This document shows, piece by piece, positions 14,451 to 28,250 of a DNA stretch of 64,000 nucleotides (its first letter is position 1; each line of letters opens with the position of its first letter). A model generated the notes under the pieces. The model did no database searches. It saw only the letters and a program-made list of their open reading frames with translations, and was not told the origin of the DNA. The position numbers and the translations under genes are program-made. Origin of the DNA: the human T2T-CHM13v2.0 reference genome, Homo sapiens; the NCBI RefSeq assembly GCF_009914755.1, contig NC_060925.1. One strand, given 5' to 3'.

Positions 14451-16746
14451 TGTATTAGTCTGTTCTCATGCTGCTGATAGAGACATACCTGAGATTGGGC
14501 AATTTACAAAAGAAAGAGGTTTAATGGACTCACAGTTCCGCATGGCTGGGGATGCCTCACAATCATGGCAGAAGGTGAAAGGCACATCTCACATGGTGGC
14601 AGACAAGAAATGAGAGCTTGTGCAGGGAAACTCCCCTTTATAAAACCATCAGATCTCATCAGACTTATTCACTATCACAAGAATAGCATGGAAAAGACCC
14701 GCCCCCATGATTCAATTATCTCCCACTGGGTCCCTCCCATAACACATGGGAATTCTGGGAGCTAAAATTCAAGATGAGATTTAGGTGGGGACACAGCCAA
14801 ACCATATCATGCTGCCCTGGTCCCTCCCAGATCTCATGTCTTTACATTTCAAAGCCAGTCATGCCTTCCCCACAGTCTCCCACAGTCTTAACTCATTTCA
14901 GCATTAACTGAAAAGTCCACAGACCAAAGTCTCATCTGAGACAAGGCAAGTCCCTGCTGCCTATGAGCTTGTAAAATCAAAAGCAAGTTAGTTACTTCCT
15001 AGAAACAATGGGGGTACAGGCATTGGGTAAATACAGCTGTTCCAAATGGGAGAAATTGGCCAAAACAAAAGGGCTACAGGCCCCAACGCAAGTCCAAAAT
15101 CAAGCAGGGAAGTCAAATCTTAAAGCTCCAAAATGATCTCTTTTGAATCCATGTCTCACATCCAGCTCATGCTGATGCAAGAGGTGGGTTCCCATGGTCT
15201 TGGGCAGCTCTGCACCTGTGGCTTTACAGGGTACAGCTTCCCTCCTGGCTGCTTTCACAGGTTGGCATTGTCTGTGCTTTTCCAGGTGCACAGTGCAAGC
15301 TGTTGGTGGATCTACTATTCTGGGGTCTAGAGGACAGTGGCCCTCTTCTTACAGTAGCACTAGGCAGTGCCCCAATGAGGACTCAGTGTGGAGGCACCCA
15401 CCCCTTTTCCCTTTTGTGCTGCCCCAACATAGGTTTTCCATGAGTGCCTGCCCCTGCAGCAAACTTCTATCTGGATATCCAGGTGTTTCCATACATACTT
15501 TAAAATCTAGGTGGAGGTTCCCAAACCTCAAATCTTGACTTCTGTGCACTGGTAGGCTCAACATCATGTGGAAGCTGCCAGGTCTTGGGGGTTGCACCCT
15601 CTGAAGCCGTGGCCCAAGCTCTACATTGGGGCCTTTCAGCCATGGCTGGAGCCACTGAGAAACAGGGCACCAAGTCCTTAGGCTGCACACAGCATGGGAA
15701 CCCTGGGTCTGGCCCTTGATACCACTTTTTCCTCCTAGGCCTCTGGGCCTGTGTTGGTCGCAGCTGTCATGAAGACCTCTGACATGCCCTGGAGACATTT
15801 TCCCCATTGTCTTGGGGATTAACATTTGGCTCCTCATTACTTAGGTAAATTATGTAAATTTCTGCAGCTGTCTTGAATTTCTTTTCAGAAAATGGGACTT
15901 TCTTTGCTATCACATTGTCAGGCTGCAAATTTTCTGAACTTTTATGCTCTGCTTCCCTTATAAAACTGAATGCCTTTAACAGCACCCAAGTCACCTCTTG
16001 AATGTTTTGCTACTTAGAAATTTTTTCTGCCAGATACCCTAAATAATCTCTCTCAAGTTCATAGTTCCACAAATCTCTAGGGCAGGGGCAAAATGCTGCC
16101 AGTCTCTTTGCTAAAACATAACAAGAGTCACCTTTGTTCCAGTTCCCAACAAATTCCTCATCTCCATCTGAGACCACCTCAGACTGGATTTCATTGTCCA
16201 CATCATTATTAGCATTTTGGTCAAAGCCATTCAACAAATCTTTAGGGAGTTCCAAACTTTCCCACATTTTCCTGTCTTCTTCTGAATCCTCCAAACTGTT
16301 CCAACCTCTGCCTGTTACCCAATTCCAAAGTTGTTTCCACATTTTTGGCTATCTTTTCAGCAGCATACCACTTTACTGGTGCCAACTTACTGTATTAGTC
16401 TGTTCTCATGCTGCTGATAAAGACATACTGGAGATTGGGCAATTTACAAAAGAAAGGCTTACTGGGCTCATAGTTCCACATGGCTTGGGAGGCCTCACAA
16501 TCATGGTGGAAGGTGAAAGGCACATCTTACATGGCGGTAGACAAGAAAAGAGAGTTTGTGCAGGGAAACTCCCCTTTATAAAACCATCAGATCTCATTAG
16601 ACTTATTCACTATCATGAGAATAGCATAGGAAAGACCCACCCTATGATTCAATTATCTCCCACTGGGTCCCTCCCACAACATGTGGGCATTATGGGAGCT
16701 ACAATTCAGGATGAGATTTGGGTGGGGATACAGCCAAACCATATCA
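14451..16746 (-). mobile_element. Full-length THE1 (ERVL-MaLR): LTR 16391-16746, internal 14810-16390, LTR 14451-14809
   Basis: Both LTRs read TGATATGG...CTAATACA on minus; 5-bp TSD aaagc (14446-50, 16747-51); ORFs 15349..15837 and 16010..16342 are THE1-int remnants. Confidence 0.93.
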
Positions 16747-16813
16747 AAAGCATTCCCCCTGAGAACTGGAACAAGACAAGTATGCCTACTTTCACCACTT
16801 TTATTCAACATAC

Positions 16814-17451
16814 TGAAGCAGCATCATTGTCTGGGGTAAATATCCATGGTTCATCATCTCATGCCAGGGAAATCAAGGATGCAGGCACACAGTAAGTTTC
16901 AGAGTGGAGGTTTAATAGGCAAAAGAAAGAGAAAAGAGAATAGCTCTCTCTTCTGCAGAGAAAGAAGGGCTCCCAAATGGGTCTTCCAGTCCACGGCAAA
17001 GTGCACGGAGCTTTATAGACTGGCTTGAGGAGGCAGTGCCTGATTTACATAGGGCCTAAAGATTGATGGGACTGTGTGTGCCATTTACATAGTGCATGAA
17101 TAACCTGGTCACCCCATCCTAATCTTTTGTTATGCAGATGGGTTCTCTACCTGGCCAGTGCCATGTTGTCTGTTTCTTACTGTACATGTGCTCGACAAAG
17201 AAAAGGGCAGATGGAGCCACTATGTTGAACATGCCTTGCCCCCAGGTAGCCTTTTTCTGTTGGTGCAGCTGCTGGCATTCATCCATGCAAGCTTCCAGCT
17301 TGCTTATCTATGTCTGCAGTTCAATTTAACAGGCTGCTCTTTGTCAGAAAAGAGATAATTTGGGGGCTGCTGCTCTCCATTAAAAGGAAAACCTTATTGA
17401 GGACTCTCTTACCATCCCTATCTGCCTAATTTCTTTTTAACTCCTATATCA
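16814..17451 (-). mobile_element. ERV1 solo LTR (MER50/MER51-like) nested in the L1PB
   Basis: TG...CA ends, 4-bp TSD atac/atag; L1 continuous across it; TATA and ATTAAA on minus. Confidence 0.8.
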
Positions 17452-19177
17452 ATAGTATGTAAATCCTAGCCAAAGCAATCAGACAAGAGAAAAAAATATA
17501 GGGCATCCAAATAGCTAAAGAGGAAGTCCAACTGTTGCTGTTTTCTGATGACATGATTGTGTACCCAGAAAACCCTAGAGACATTTGGATGACTAAAGAG
17601 TCATCCAAAAACCCTCTAAAACTGTTAAATAAATTCAGCAAAGTTTTGGGATACAAAATTAATGTACACAAATCAGTAGCACTGTTATACACAAAGAGCT
17701 ACCAAGCTGAGAATCAAATCAATAACTTAACCCCTTTTACAATAACTGCAAAAATAAAAAGTAAAATACTTAGGAATCTACCTAACCAAGGAGGTGAAAG
17801 ACCTCTATAAGGAAAACTATAAAATGCTGCTGAAAGAAACCATAGATGACACAAATGAAAACAAATCCCATATACATGGATGGGTAGAATCAATATTGTG
17901 AAAATGATCATACTGCCAAAAGCAATCTGCAAATTCAATGCAATTCCCATCAAATTACCATCAACACAATTCCCATCAATGCAATTCCCATCAAAATACC
18001 ACCATCATTCTTCACAGAACTTGAAAAAAATCCTAAAATTCATATGTAATCAAAAAAGAACTCACATAGCCAAAGCAAGACTATGCTAAAAGGACAAATC
18101 TGGAGGTAACACATCACCTGACCTCAAACTATACTAAAAGGCCATAGTCACAAAAACAGTATGGTACTGGTATAAAAATAGGCATATAGACCAATGAAAC
18201 AAAATAGAGAACTCAGAAATAAAGCCAAATATTTACAGCCAACTGATCTTTGACAAAAGAAACAAAAACATAAAGTGGGTAAAGGACAACCTATTCAACA
18301 AATGGTGCTGGCATAATTTGCAAGCCACATGTAGAAGAATGAAACTAGATCCTCATCTCTCACCTTGTACAAAAATCAACTCAAGATGGAACAAAGACTT
18401 AAATCTAAAACCTGAAACCACAAAAATTCTAGAAGATAACATTGGAAAAATCCTTCTAGACATTAGTTTAGGCAAAGACTTTGTGACAAAGAACCTAAAA
18501 GCAAATGCAACAAAAAGAAAGATAAATAGTTGGAACTTAATTAAACTAAAAAGCTTCTGCACAGCAAAAGAAATAACCAGCAGAGTAAATAGACAACCCA
18601 CAGAGTGGGAGACAGTCTTAAAAATCTTTACTTCTGACAAAGGACTAATATCCAGAATCTACAAGCAACTCAAACAAATTAGCAAGAAAAATACAAACAA
18701 TCAAGTCAAAAAGTGGGCTAAAGACATTAATAGACAATTCTCAAAAGAAGAATGGCCAAGAAACGTGCAAATGGCCAAAAAACATATGAAAAATACTCAA
18801 CATCACTAATGATCAGGGAAATGCAAATGAAAACCACAATATGGTACCATCTTACTCCTGCAAGAATGGCCATAATCAAAAAACCAAAAAATAATAGACC
18901 TTGGCATAGATGTGATACAAAGAACACATTTTTACACTTGGTGGGAACGTAAACTAGTACAACCACTATGAAAAATAGTGTGGAGATTCCTTAAAGAACT
19001 AAAAGTAGATTTACCATTTGATTCATCAATCCTACTCCTGGGTATCTACCAAGAGGAAAAGAAGTCATTATATGAAAAGATACTTACACATGCATGTTTA
19101 TAGCAGCACAGTTCACAATTGTGAAAACATGGAACCAGCCCAAACGCCCATCAATCAATGAGTGGATAAAAAAATTT

Positions 19178-19178
<1 letters not shown>

Positions 19179-19224
<46 letters not shown>
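19179..19224. repeat. (GT)~23 microsatellite
   Basis: Direct reading. Confidence 0.97.
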
Positions 19225-19226
<2 letters not shown>

Positions 19227-19695
19227 CAGCCATTCAAAGGAACAAAATAATGGCATTTGCAGAAACCTTGATGGAACTGGAGACCATTATTCTAAGTGAA
19301 GTAACTCAGGAATGAAAAACCAAACATCATATGTTCTCACTCATAAGTGAGAGCTAAACTGTAAGGATGCAAAGGCATAAGAATGATACAATGGACTTTG
19401 GGCACTCGGGGGAGTGGGTGGAAGGGAGGCAACGGATACAAGACTAACCATTGGGTACAGTGTATACTGCTTGGGTGATGGGTGCACCAAAATCTGAAAA
19501 ATCACCACTAAAGAACTTATTCGTGTACAAATAAGTAAATAAACAAATTAAAAAGGGATAAGGAAGAGATACAGCTATAGCTTAGATTTTTGGTTTTAGT
19601 TTCTGGGTGAATCCCATTAAATAAGATAGAAAACATGGAATTATGGGATGAGATTTTGAAACTTGTTTCATTTGAGACTTCTTGAGTTTGAAGTG

Positions 19696-20359
19696 TGTCA
19701 ACAGAAGAGGTTCATAAATTTGAAAAGGAGAGCTTTACTTCTCATAAAGGGTTGCAGCCTGCAGGATGGCCATTCAGACAGCCTGGGAAGCATATGGTAG
19801 CCTTAAGCCAGAAGCCAGAAAAGATTCTTCAAGGGAGGAGCAACAGGAATTTATGCTGAGTGGGGTGACTGAATATACATATTCAATAAGCCTCAGGAAG
19901 AGTCATGAGTATTTATGAAAGGAGAAACACGCACATGTGCAATTGAGTTTTACATCCCCTGGTGCATCCCACGTACAAAAATGGCAGCATTAGCACAATC
20001 TGAGGGTGGAGTTTTCAGCCCTCTGACATCAAGCAGTGAAGAAGAGGACATGAAGACCCTGACTGCAGATTCTCCATACACTGGCCATGACAACTCTGTG
20101 GCCAGAGGTCTCTCATCAGTTAGTAGAAGAGGGGCAGCATCAGGTGGTTGGTTGATATCAGTGGTGGAATCTTTTGAAAGGGTGGTTTCTGCTTAGCACT
20201 TAGGGAAGTAACCCTAATGGTGTATAGCCAGGGAGGGGTGTCTGACTTCCCATCCCACTGTAGCCAAGAACTCAGTTTTCAAGGTTGCTCTGGTGTCCCC
20301 TTGGCCAAGTGGGGATCCACTCAGATGGTTGTTGGAGCTTAGGATTTTGTTATCTTTCA
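19696..20359 (-). mobile_element. ERV1 solo LTR (MER4 group, MER31-like)
   Basis: TG...CA ends with 4-bp TSD agtg; MER4-group terminal motif. Confidence 0.7.
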
Positions 20360-20629
20360 AGTGTTTCTGTGGCAACTAGGTGAACTTAAAAACTACAATG
20401 TGAATGTTTGAGTTACAGTTATACAATATGGAGTTAAGGCTTGTACTTGCTTGTATTTGATGCAATAGAAAGAAATCGGGATTTCCTGTGAGATTATGTT
20501 AAATATGTGTATATTGGGATATATTTTCTCAGATATTCTAATCCTATTATGTATGATGCATATTTTGTGGACCACATAAATTTATCTGAGCAGGTATTGC
20601 CCTACTTGTGGGAATATCAAGTTAATCTC

Positions 20630-20996
20630 TGATATGGTTAGGTCCCATGTCCCCACCCAAATCTCATCTTAAATTGTAATCTCCATAATACCCATGTGTC
20701 AAGGGCAGGACCTGGTGGGAGGTGATTGGATTACGGGGGTGGTTTCCCCCACGCTGTTCTCATGATAGTGAGTTCTCGCAAGATCTGATGGTTTCATAAG
20801 TGTTTGACAGTTCCTCCTATGTGTGCATTCTCTCTCTCACCTATCTCGCATGTCGTCTCTTCACCTTCTGCCATGATCGTAAGTTTCCTGAGGCCTTTCC
20901 AGCCATGCAGAACTGTGGGTCAATTAAACCTTTTTCCTTTATAAATTACTCAGTCTTGCATATTTCTTTATAGCAATGTGAGAACAGACTATTACA
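20630..20996 (+). mobile_element. THE1D/MSTA-type solo LTR
   Basis: tgatatgg...attaca; 5-bp TSD atctc. Confidence 0.88.
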
Positions 20997-21496
20997 ATCT
21001 CAGTGAGCTGAAAAAGGTTGTAACCTTTTTGGATAAGAGCTTTGCTATTAAATGTTATTTTTAGTTGCAACCTCCAATCCTTGGTCAGAAATTTTATCTT
21101 AGCTGGAGCAAATTCTCAAATATAGAACAGGCTCCTCTCCTTTATAATGAATTCCTAAATAATTTTAACAGTAGTTAGATATGTATTAGTTTGCTCGGGC
21201 TGCCTTAACAAAATATTAAAGGCTGGGTGGCTTGAACAACAGAAACTTATTTCTCACAATCTGGAGGCTAGAGGTTCGTGATCAAGGCGCCAGCAAATTT
21301 AGTTTCTGCTGAGGGCTCTTTCCCTGGCTTTTGGAGAGCTACTTTCTAGCTGCTGAGTTTTCCCATGCTTTTCCTCTGTGATCGGAGAAAGGGAGAGAAG
21401 GGGTTGGGGGAGAGACAGAGAGAAAGAGCAAGCGAGCCTGTGTGCTAACTTATGAAATCGAGGTCCCACTCTTATAATCTCATTTAACCTTAATTA

Positions 21497-22077
<581 letters not shown>

Positions 22078-22214
22078 CTACACTGAGAATTAGGGCTTTA
22101 GTCCATAACAGACGGGCTAGTTAAAAGTTATCCTGCAACAGCAAGTAGATTGTGCTTCTTACATGGCCTTAAATTATTGCCATGGTTCCCAGCAAAGGGG
22201 GATCAAGGGTTTAT

Positions 22215-22612
22215 ATCACCACCAAACCTCATGTGACCTCCAGTGTACTAGTTTTGGAAGATGAGGCCTAGTTGGAGGTGTTTGTTGCATGGGGCCAGAT
22301 TCTCATGAATGGCTTGGTGTCTTGCTCTGGCAAGGCTGGGTTAGTTTTTGAAGAAATGAATTAGTTCCCTCAAGAGTGGGTTTTTAGAAAGCCGGGCATC
22401 CCTTGGATTTTGCATCTTTGCACATGTCCACTCACCTTTTGACCTTCTCTGTCATGTTTAATGCATCACAAAAGCCCTCACCAGAAACCAAGTAAATACT
22501 ACAGCCATGCTTCTTGTACAGTCTGCAGAATCATGAGCTAAGCAAAACTCTTTTCCTTATTGACTTCCCAGCCTCAGGTATTCTGTTATAACAACACAAA
22601 CAGACCAAGACA
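22215..22612 (+). mobile_element. MST-type MaLR LTR
   Basis: 3' end cccagcctcaggtattctgttata...ccaagaca. Confidence 0.7.
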
Positions 22613-22657
22613 ATTATCAATGTCAATTATGTCTTCTAGATTTTTAACATCTACATT

Positions 22658-23075
22658 AGAGGTCAGCAAGCTATGTTCCATGAGCTAAATCTGGCCTGTT
22701 GGCCTAGTGTGGCCCACCCCCTGCAAGCTAAGAATGGTTTGTACATTTATTTGATTGGGGGAAAAAAACAAAAGAAAAAAAGTATTTCATGACATGTGAG
22801 AATTATTAGGTTGGCGCAAAGTAGTTGTGGTTTTTGCCATTACTTCAATGGCGAAAACCACAATTACTTTTGTGCCAACCTAATATATGAAAATCAAATC
22901 TCAATGTCCAAAATAAAGTTTTATTGGAACATGGCCATGCTTATTTAAAAATCAGAATCACCTTATTGCTGTTTATGTGCTCCAGTGGCAAATTTGAGTT
23001 AAGACAGAGACTGTATGGGCTTCAAAGTCTAACATTATACATATTTGACACTTTACAAAAAAAGTTTGTTGTACT
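22658..23075 (+). mobile_element. MER58B-like hAT-Charlie MITE
   Basis: aaataaagttttattggaaca and gagactgtatgg motifs; boundaries approximate. Confidence 0.65.
22806..22883. mobile_element. MADE1 (Hsmar1 MITE), complete
   Basis: ttaggttgg...ccaacctaa palindromic TIRs with TA TSD. Confidence 0.92.
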
Positions 23076-24177
23076 GATTCAGATCAATTATAGTAAATCA
23101 TTTCATTTATTAGATCTCTTAATTTATTTGTCTAGGACTAAATTCTTCAGACATCTCACATTAGCAGGCTCATTTTGGGAGGTAATGTTGCTCAAATGTA
23201 AAAACCTGGAAGGACCTTATTAAGCTGATTTTATGATGGAAGTCTTGATCTTGCTCGCAGAATCTCCAAATTAGAGTCCAATTTTCCAAGTTCTATGGTG
23301 CAGGGCTCTGCGTCACCAACTAAGCAGCTCTTGGAAAATTTGAGCTTGTCAAAACTGCTCTTGAGAAAATTCTTTACTCTGCCTGAGGGTACTACTGCTG
23401 ACATGAAGTGGAAAGATTAACTTCTTGGGCAATAATCCTTCAAGTCAGCCTCCTTAGTTTTCCGAGCAGCATATCTCCTGTCTTGTCTCTAGTTTACCCA
23501 TCTGTCAAAACCAAACACCTGCACTTTGGAAACTCCAGAGCTACTTTAGTCTCTCATAGTGTTCCAGCTTCTATCAGGGGCCTGCCAGAGAAAACTGTAT
23601 TTAAAGGAGATAGTATAATAGATATATTAATTATTCATCATTTTATATTTAGTTAAAAAACAGGATAGCTAATTTCTACTTTTAAGGTAAATTGATATGG
23701 GCAAACAGGGAATGAGTTAGTTAGCGAAGCTGGTGAAACCTAAAATCTCCAAAATATAATAGTTTAAATAAAATCCATGTTAATTTGTATCTCATGTAAT
23801 AGCTTCAAAGTGATCAAAACAGACTGTGCTCCATGTGGTCACTTAAGAACCCAGGAACTTTCTCTTATGGGGATTTTGGATCTCTTTGGGTGTTGTACAC
23901 GACTGCATAGTTGAACCTGAGAACATGATCATGTCCTCATTCCAGTCCAGGGGAAGGGCTAAAAGAGAACAAGTAGGCACACACCCAGTGTTTTCTGGTT
24001 AATACCCAAAAAGATGCAGATTGTCTTTCACTTTCTATTGACACAAACACATACTACTGGTATTTCACCTGGCCATGACTAATTGCAAGGGAGGTTAGTA
24101 AATGCAGTTTCTAGATAAGGGGCAAGGCTATCACTAAAAGAAAAAGAGGAGAATGGATGCCATGCAATAGTTAGTAG

Positions 24178-24483
<306 letters not shown>

Positions 24484-24600
24484 TAAGTTTTCAACATTTT
24501 AACTAGATTTTTAAATTTCTATCTTTTAGCCAAGTCAGGTAATTATAAAATAACATATATTCTTTATGCATCTTCAACTCACTGTAGAAATGCTTTTATC

Positions 24601-24920
24601 TCCTTTGTAGGGACATGGATGAAGCTGGAAACCATCATTCTCAGCAAACTATAGCAAGGACAAAAAACCAAACACCGCATGTTCTCACTCATAGTTGGGA
24701 ATTGAACAATGAGAACACTAGGACACAGGAAGGGGAACATCACACACCGGGGCCTGTCGTGGGGTGGGGGGAGTGGGGAGGGATAGCATTAGGAGATATA
24801 CCTAATGTAAATGACGAGTTAATGGGTGCAGCACACCAACATGGCACATGTTTACATATGTAACAAACCTGCACGTTGTGCAGATGTACCCTAGAACTTA
24901 AAGTATAATAATAATAAAAA
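24601..24920 (+). mobile_element. Short 3' end of a young L1PA (about PA4-6)
   Basis: L1 3'UTR; TSD aaatgcttttatct. Confidence 0.92.
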
Positions 24921-26038
24921 AAATGCTTTTATCTGAATAGTCTTGCAAAATCAACTTCCAAGCTTTTACTAGACATGGCTTCCCCTTTTATATATTATAT
25001 AAAATGGTATTGAAAGGACCATGCACATTTTAGAAATAGAATAATACTCTGTATTACAAATACTAGGTGATTACTAATTGTTAAACATATATTATTTCAT
25101 TTAGTCCTTAACAGATTTCAGGGCAGTTATTATCTTCATATTTCTGATTAGAAAACTGGAACTCAGGTTAAATTCTAGGTCGTAGTGCCAAAACATATTG
25201 GAACTGGGATTCAAATTTAAGTATCCCTGATCCCAAAGTCTATTTTAAAACTATTTATTCATATGGCTGCATACAATGTTGGCGGTTGTCATTTTTGTAA
25301 TTAGAAGAATTTGAAACCTTGAGTATAGATGGAATCACCAACAAGAGAACAGGAGTATGATAGGAAGACTCAGGAAAGAACTTTGAGAAACATCTTTAGG
25401 GATGAGAAGAAGTAGTTGGTGAGAAGAGGGGAGTAATGATTATTGGGGAAGAATTATAGTCAGTAAGGGATCATTCACAGTGCTGGATACAAGAGGAACA
25501 CAGTAGGATGGCATTGAGAAGAGAGTTTTGAAATGGGTCATTAGGTGATAACTAATGACTTTAAGAAAACCATGTAGAGTACAAGTGAAGAGAGACAGAT
25601 TACAACAGGTGCACAAGTGACTGAGAAGGAAGACAATGGAAAAGTCAGATGTGGTCTCTTCTATTTGATAACTAAAGTGATGGAAAAGAGAACAGAGGAA
25701 CAAGGTGAGGCAACAATGGTAGGTGCTTTTTAGAAGAGATGAGATTTGGAATTATTTACAGATATTGCCACCTTAATCAGATAAATTCAGGCAAAGTCAG
25801 ATATACTTCTAGCTATCAAACCTGGTAGTTTCTGATTAAGAGATCAGGATGAGACAAATGCTTTTTCTGTGGTTTTAAACTTGCCCTCTTAATGATGATA
25901 CCCTCATACTTTATGCATTTTCCAGAGTTCACTGAGTGCTCAGGACAGAGAAAGTGATAAATGTATCTGTGAGGAAGGAAGGAAAATAGGAAGAAAGAGA
26001 GAGAGAGAGAGAGGGTAGAAGAAGAGAAATAGACAAAT

Positions 26039-26170
26039 GGCCAGGCATGGTCCCTTATGGCTGTAATTCCAGCACTTTAGGAGGCCAAGGAGAGAGGATC
26101 ACTTGAGCCCATTAATTCGAGACTAACCTAAGCATAGGGAGAACCTGTCTCTACAAAAACATTTTAAAAA
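26039..26170 (+). mobile_element. FLAM/AluJ left monomer
   Basis: Diverged single Alu arm. Confidence 0.75.
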
Positions 26171-28176
26171 AGGAAATAGAGAAAGAAGGAAGATGGAAAA
26201 AAAGAGGAAGGAGAGAGCAAGACCAGGAGGATTATATGATACAAGATATGAACATCTGAAGGTTGGGGTGAGCTCTTGACAGACAGTAAAGTAGACAATA
26301 TTTTGATGATTTTTCATTTCCTCTTTTACAAAGCATTGCCCTCTCACTCCCTCCAGTGTTTTACTGCTCTTTTCTGGCCACAACTGACTTCCTTAGTGAA
26401 TCAGCTTCAAAGGAGGCACTATCTCTCCACTGTACTCCCTTTGGTAGGCATTTTCTTATTTTGCCTTCTATTTTAGACTGAGCAGTCAAGATGAGAAGGA
26501 TCCTTTTAAATCCTTCTTGTTAAAGTGTTAATGACTGTTAAGTCTAAACGCATGAGAAATAGAAAATTTGATGCCTGAGTCCTAAGTTTGAGTTTGGGAA
26601 CTGGTACTTTCTATAATTTTTGGTAAGTTACTATGGGCTGGTTTCTATCTCATTGTGCTTTTCTGAGGATTGTATAAATAATTTAAGTGAGGTATTTTTC
26701 AAATACAAAAACTGTGATTTTTCAAAATTACAATATAATTTATCTTTGGTGTATTTTGTTTAGGGCAAAATATTTTGTATTATCATATAAAGCAGGGATA
26801 AACATCACCTGTCTATTGGGACCAGGAAAATGGGGACCGGGTCAGATTTTTAGGGCATGATCTGTCTAAAGGGGAAGCCAGTTCCAGCTGATAGTTTCCT
26901 TCCAGAAATGTGGGTATTGTTTCACCCCATCATTTGACTTGTCAAGTGAATCCTCAAATTATCTTTATGTATAATTCTTAAATGTTTGCAAATATTATTT
27001 TTTCAAATACTGTGGGCAAAACAGTGTATGGAAGCTGGAGGAGGAAGGAAATATGGCCACTGTGTTGCCAATTTGCAACATCTGCCTTCCAAAAATGAAC
27101 TGAAGTAACACAGGGACGCTTTTATCTCACATATCATGTATGTGATACTAATGTTTAAAACTGGCCCTTCAAAAGTTTTTAATAACTTATACATATCAAT
27201 CTGTGATTGATAAAAATTTACCAGAAACATTTTGCTACCAAAATGATGTGTACATGGGGAGGGTCATAATAGACAAAGACCATGCTTTAAAATATATATA
27301 TATACATTGGAAGGTGATTTTTAATAAGCAAATATTTATAAATTTAAAACATGATTTTCCACTGCAAAGTATTTTCAATCTATAGTTTGTTGCCTTTGAG
27401 CATATTAGACTGTATGCCATGTTTTTCCTATCCAATCAAGACAACAATTTAAAATTAAAATTGCAAAAAATAGGCCACCTTTCACAGAGGATCGACTAGT
27501 TAATTTACTTAAGATAGCAAGTTGCCCAAAAGAAGAAAATGATAATGCAACAAGCTTTCGCAAGACTGACCCTCTTCTGAGAGTTAACCTTTGTGCTCAC
27601 AAATAGTTATCTGAAAAATTTCCAAGGTATGAATGGAAATAACAGCAGATTGCATTACCTACATCCCGAAGGTCAGAGGTTCAGATTACCAAGGTAATGA
27701 AACTTCAGTGAGCTGCTTCAGATCTATTAGGTTTGTCAGTTTTTATAAGCACAGTTACTTCAGGAATGCAATTATAACATAAAGGACCTATATTGGTGGA
27801 AATTCACCAGCCGGATCTTAACAGAAGTATTCAAATGTCAGATGAGGGGGGAGAGCCTACCTTTATGAGTAGGCTTTTAAGATGAATCAGTTAGTGAGGT
27901 GGAGTAGAGAGCAAGAGGGAGATGAATGGAAATATGCCTTAAAACACATCCCCAGATAAAAACTTTGTATTTTTCCCAGAGGTGTTTCAGAGGGTAGCCA
28001 TAAGCATCAATTAACTTATATTATTCCATTAAAATGGTTTAAGAGATCCCAATACAAGTGTCACAGATCATTAGAAACCTGCAGCCTTATAAAAACCAGA
28101 GAAAGACAGTTTTCTTTTGTAAAGATGGATTATTTTGTGGAAACACAGATAAACCTAACCTACTGATTTAATTTAT

Positions 28177-28250
28177 AATTGATATCCTCAATTCTGGCTT
28201 TAATTCACAATTGATATCCTCAATTCTGGCTTTAATTCACAATTGATATC
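28177..28250. repeat. Perfect 32-bp tandem duplication (2.3 copies)
   Basis: aattgatatcctcaattctggctttaattcac x2 plus aattgatatc. Confidence 0.97.

Larger units (their letters stand above)
12926..19549 (+). mobile_element. L1PB-type element, ORF2 (EN 3' part, RT, C-domain) plus 3'UTR, interrupted by two LTR insertions
   Basis: Broken ORF2 ORFs between 13008 and 19315; L1PB-type 3' end; TSD tt|aaaaaggg at 12918 and 19550. Confidence 0.92.

Noticed and set aside
16134-16895. 253-aa ORF
   Set aside because: Chance read-through across antisense THE1-int, LTR, L1 and ERV1 LTR; no coherent protein
13008-19315. Series of EN/RT-like ORFs as an active retroelement
   Set aside because: Frameshifted, stop-ridden L1PB with two LTR insertions and no ORF1 or promoter
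28177-28250. 32-bp repeats as a CRISPR-like array
   Set aside because: Head-to-tail with no spacers, human intron, no cas genes
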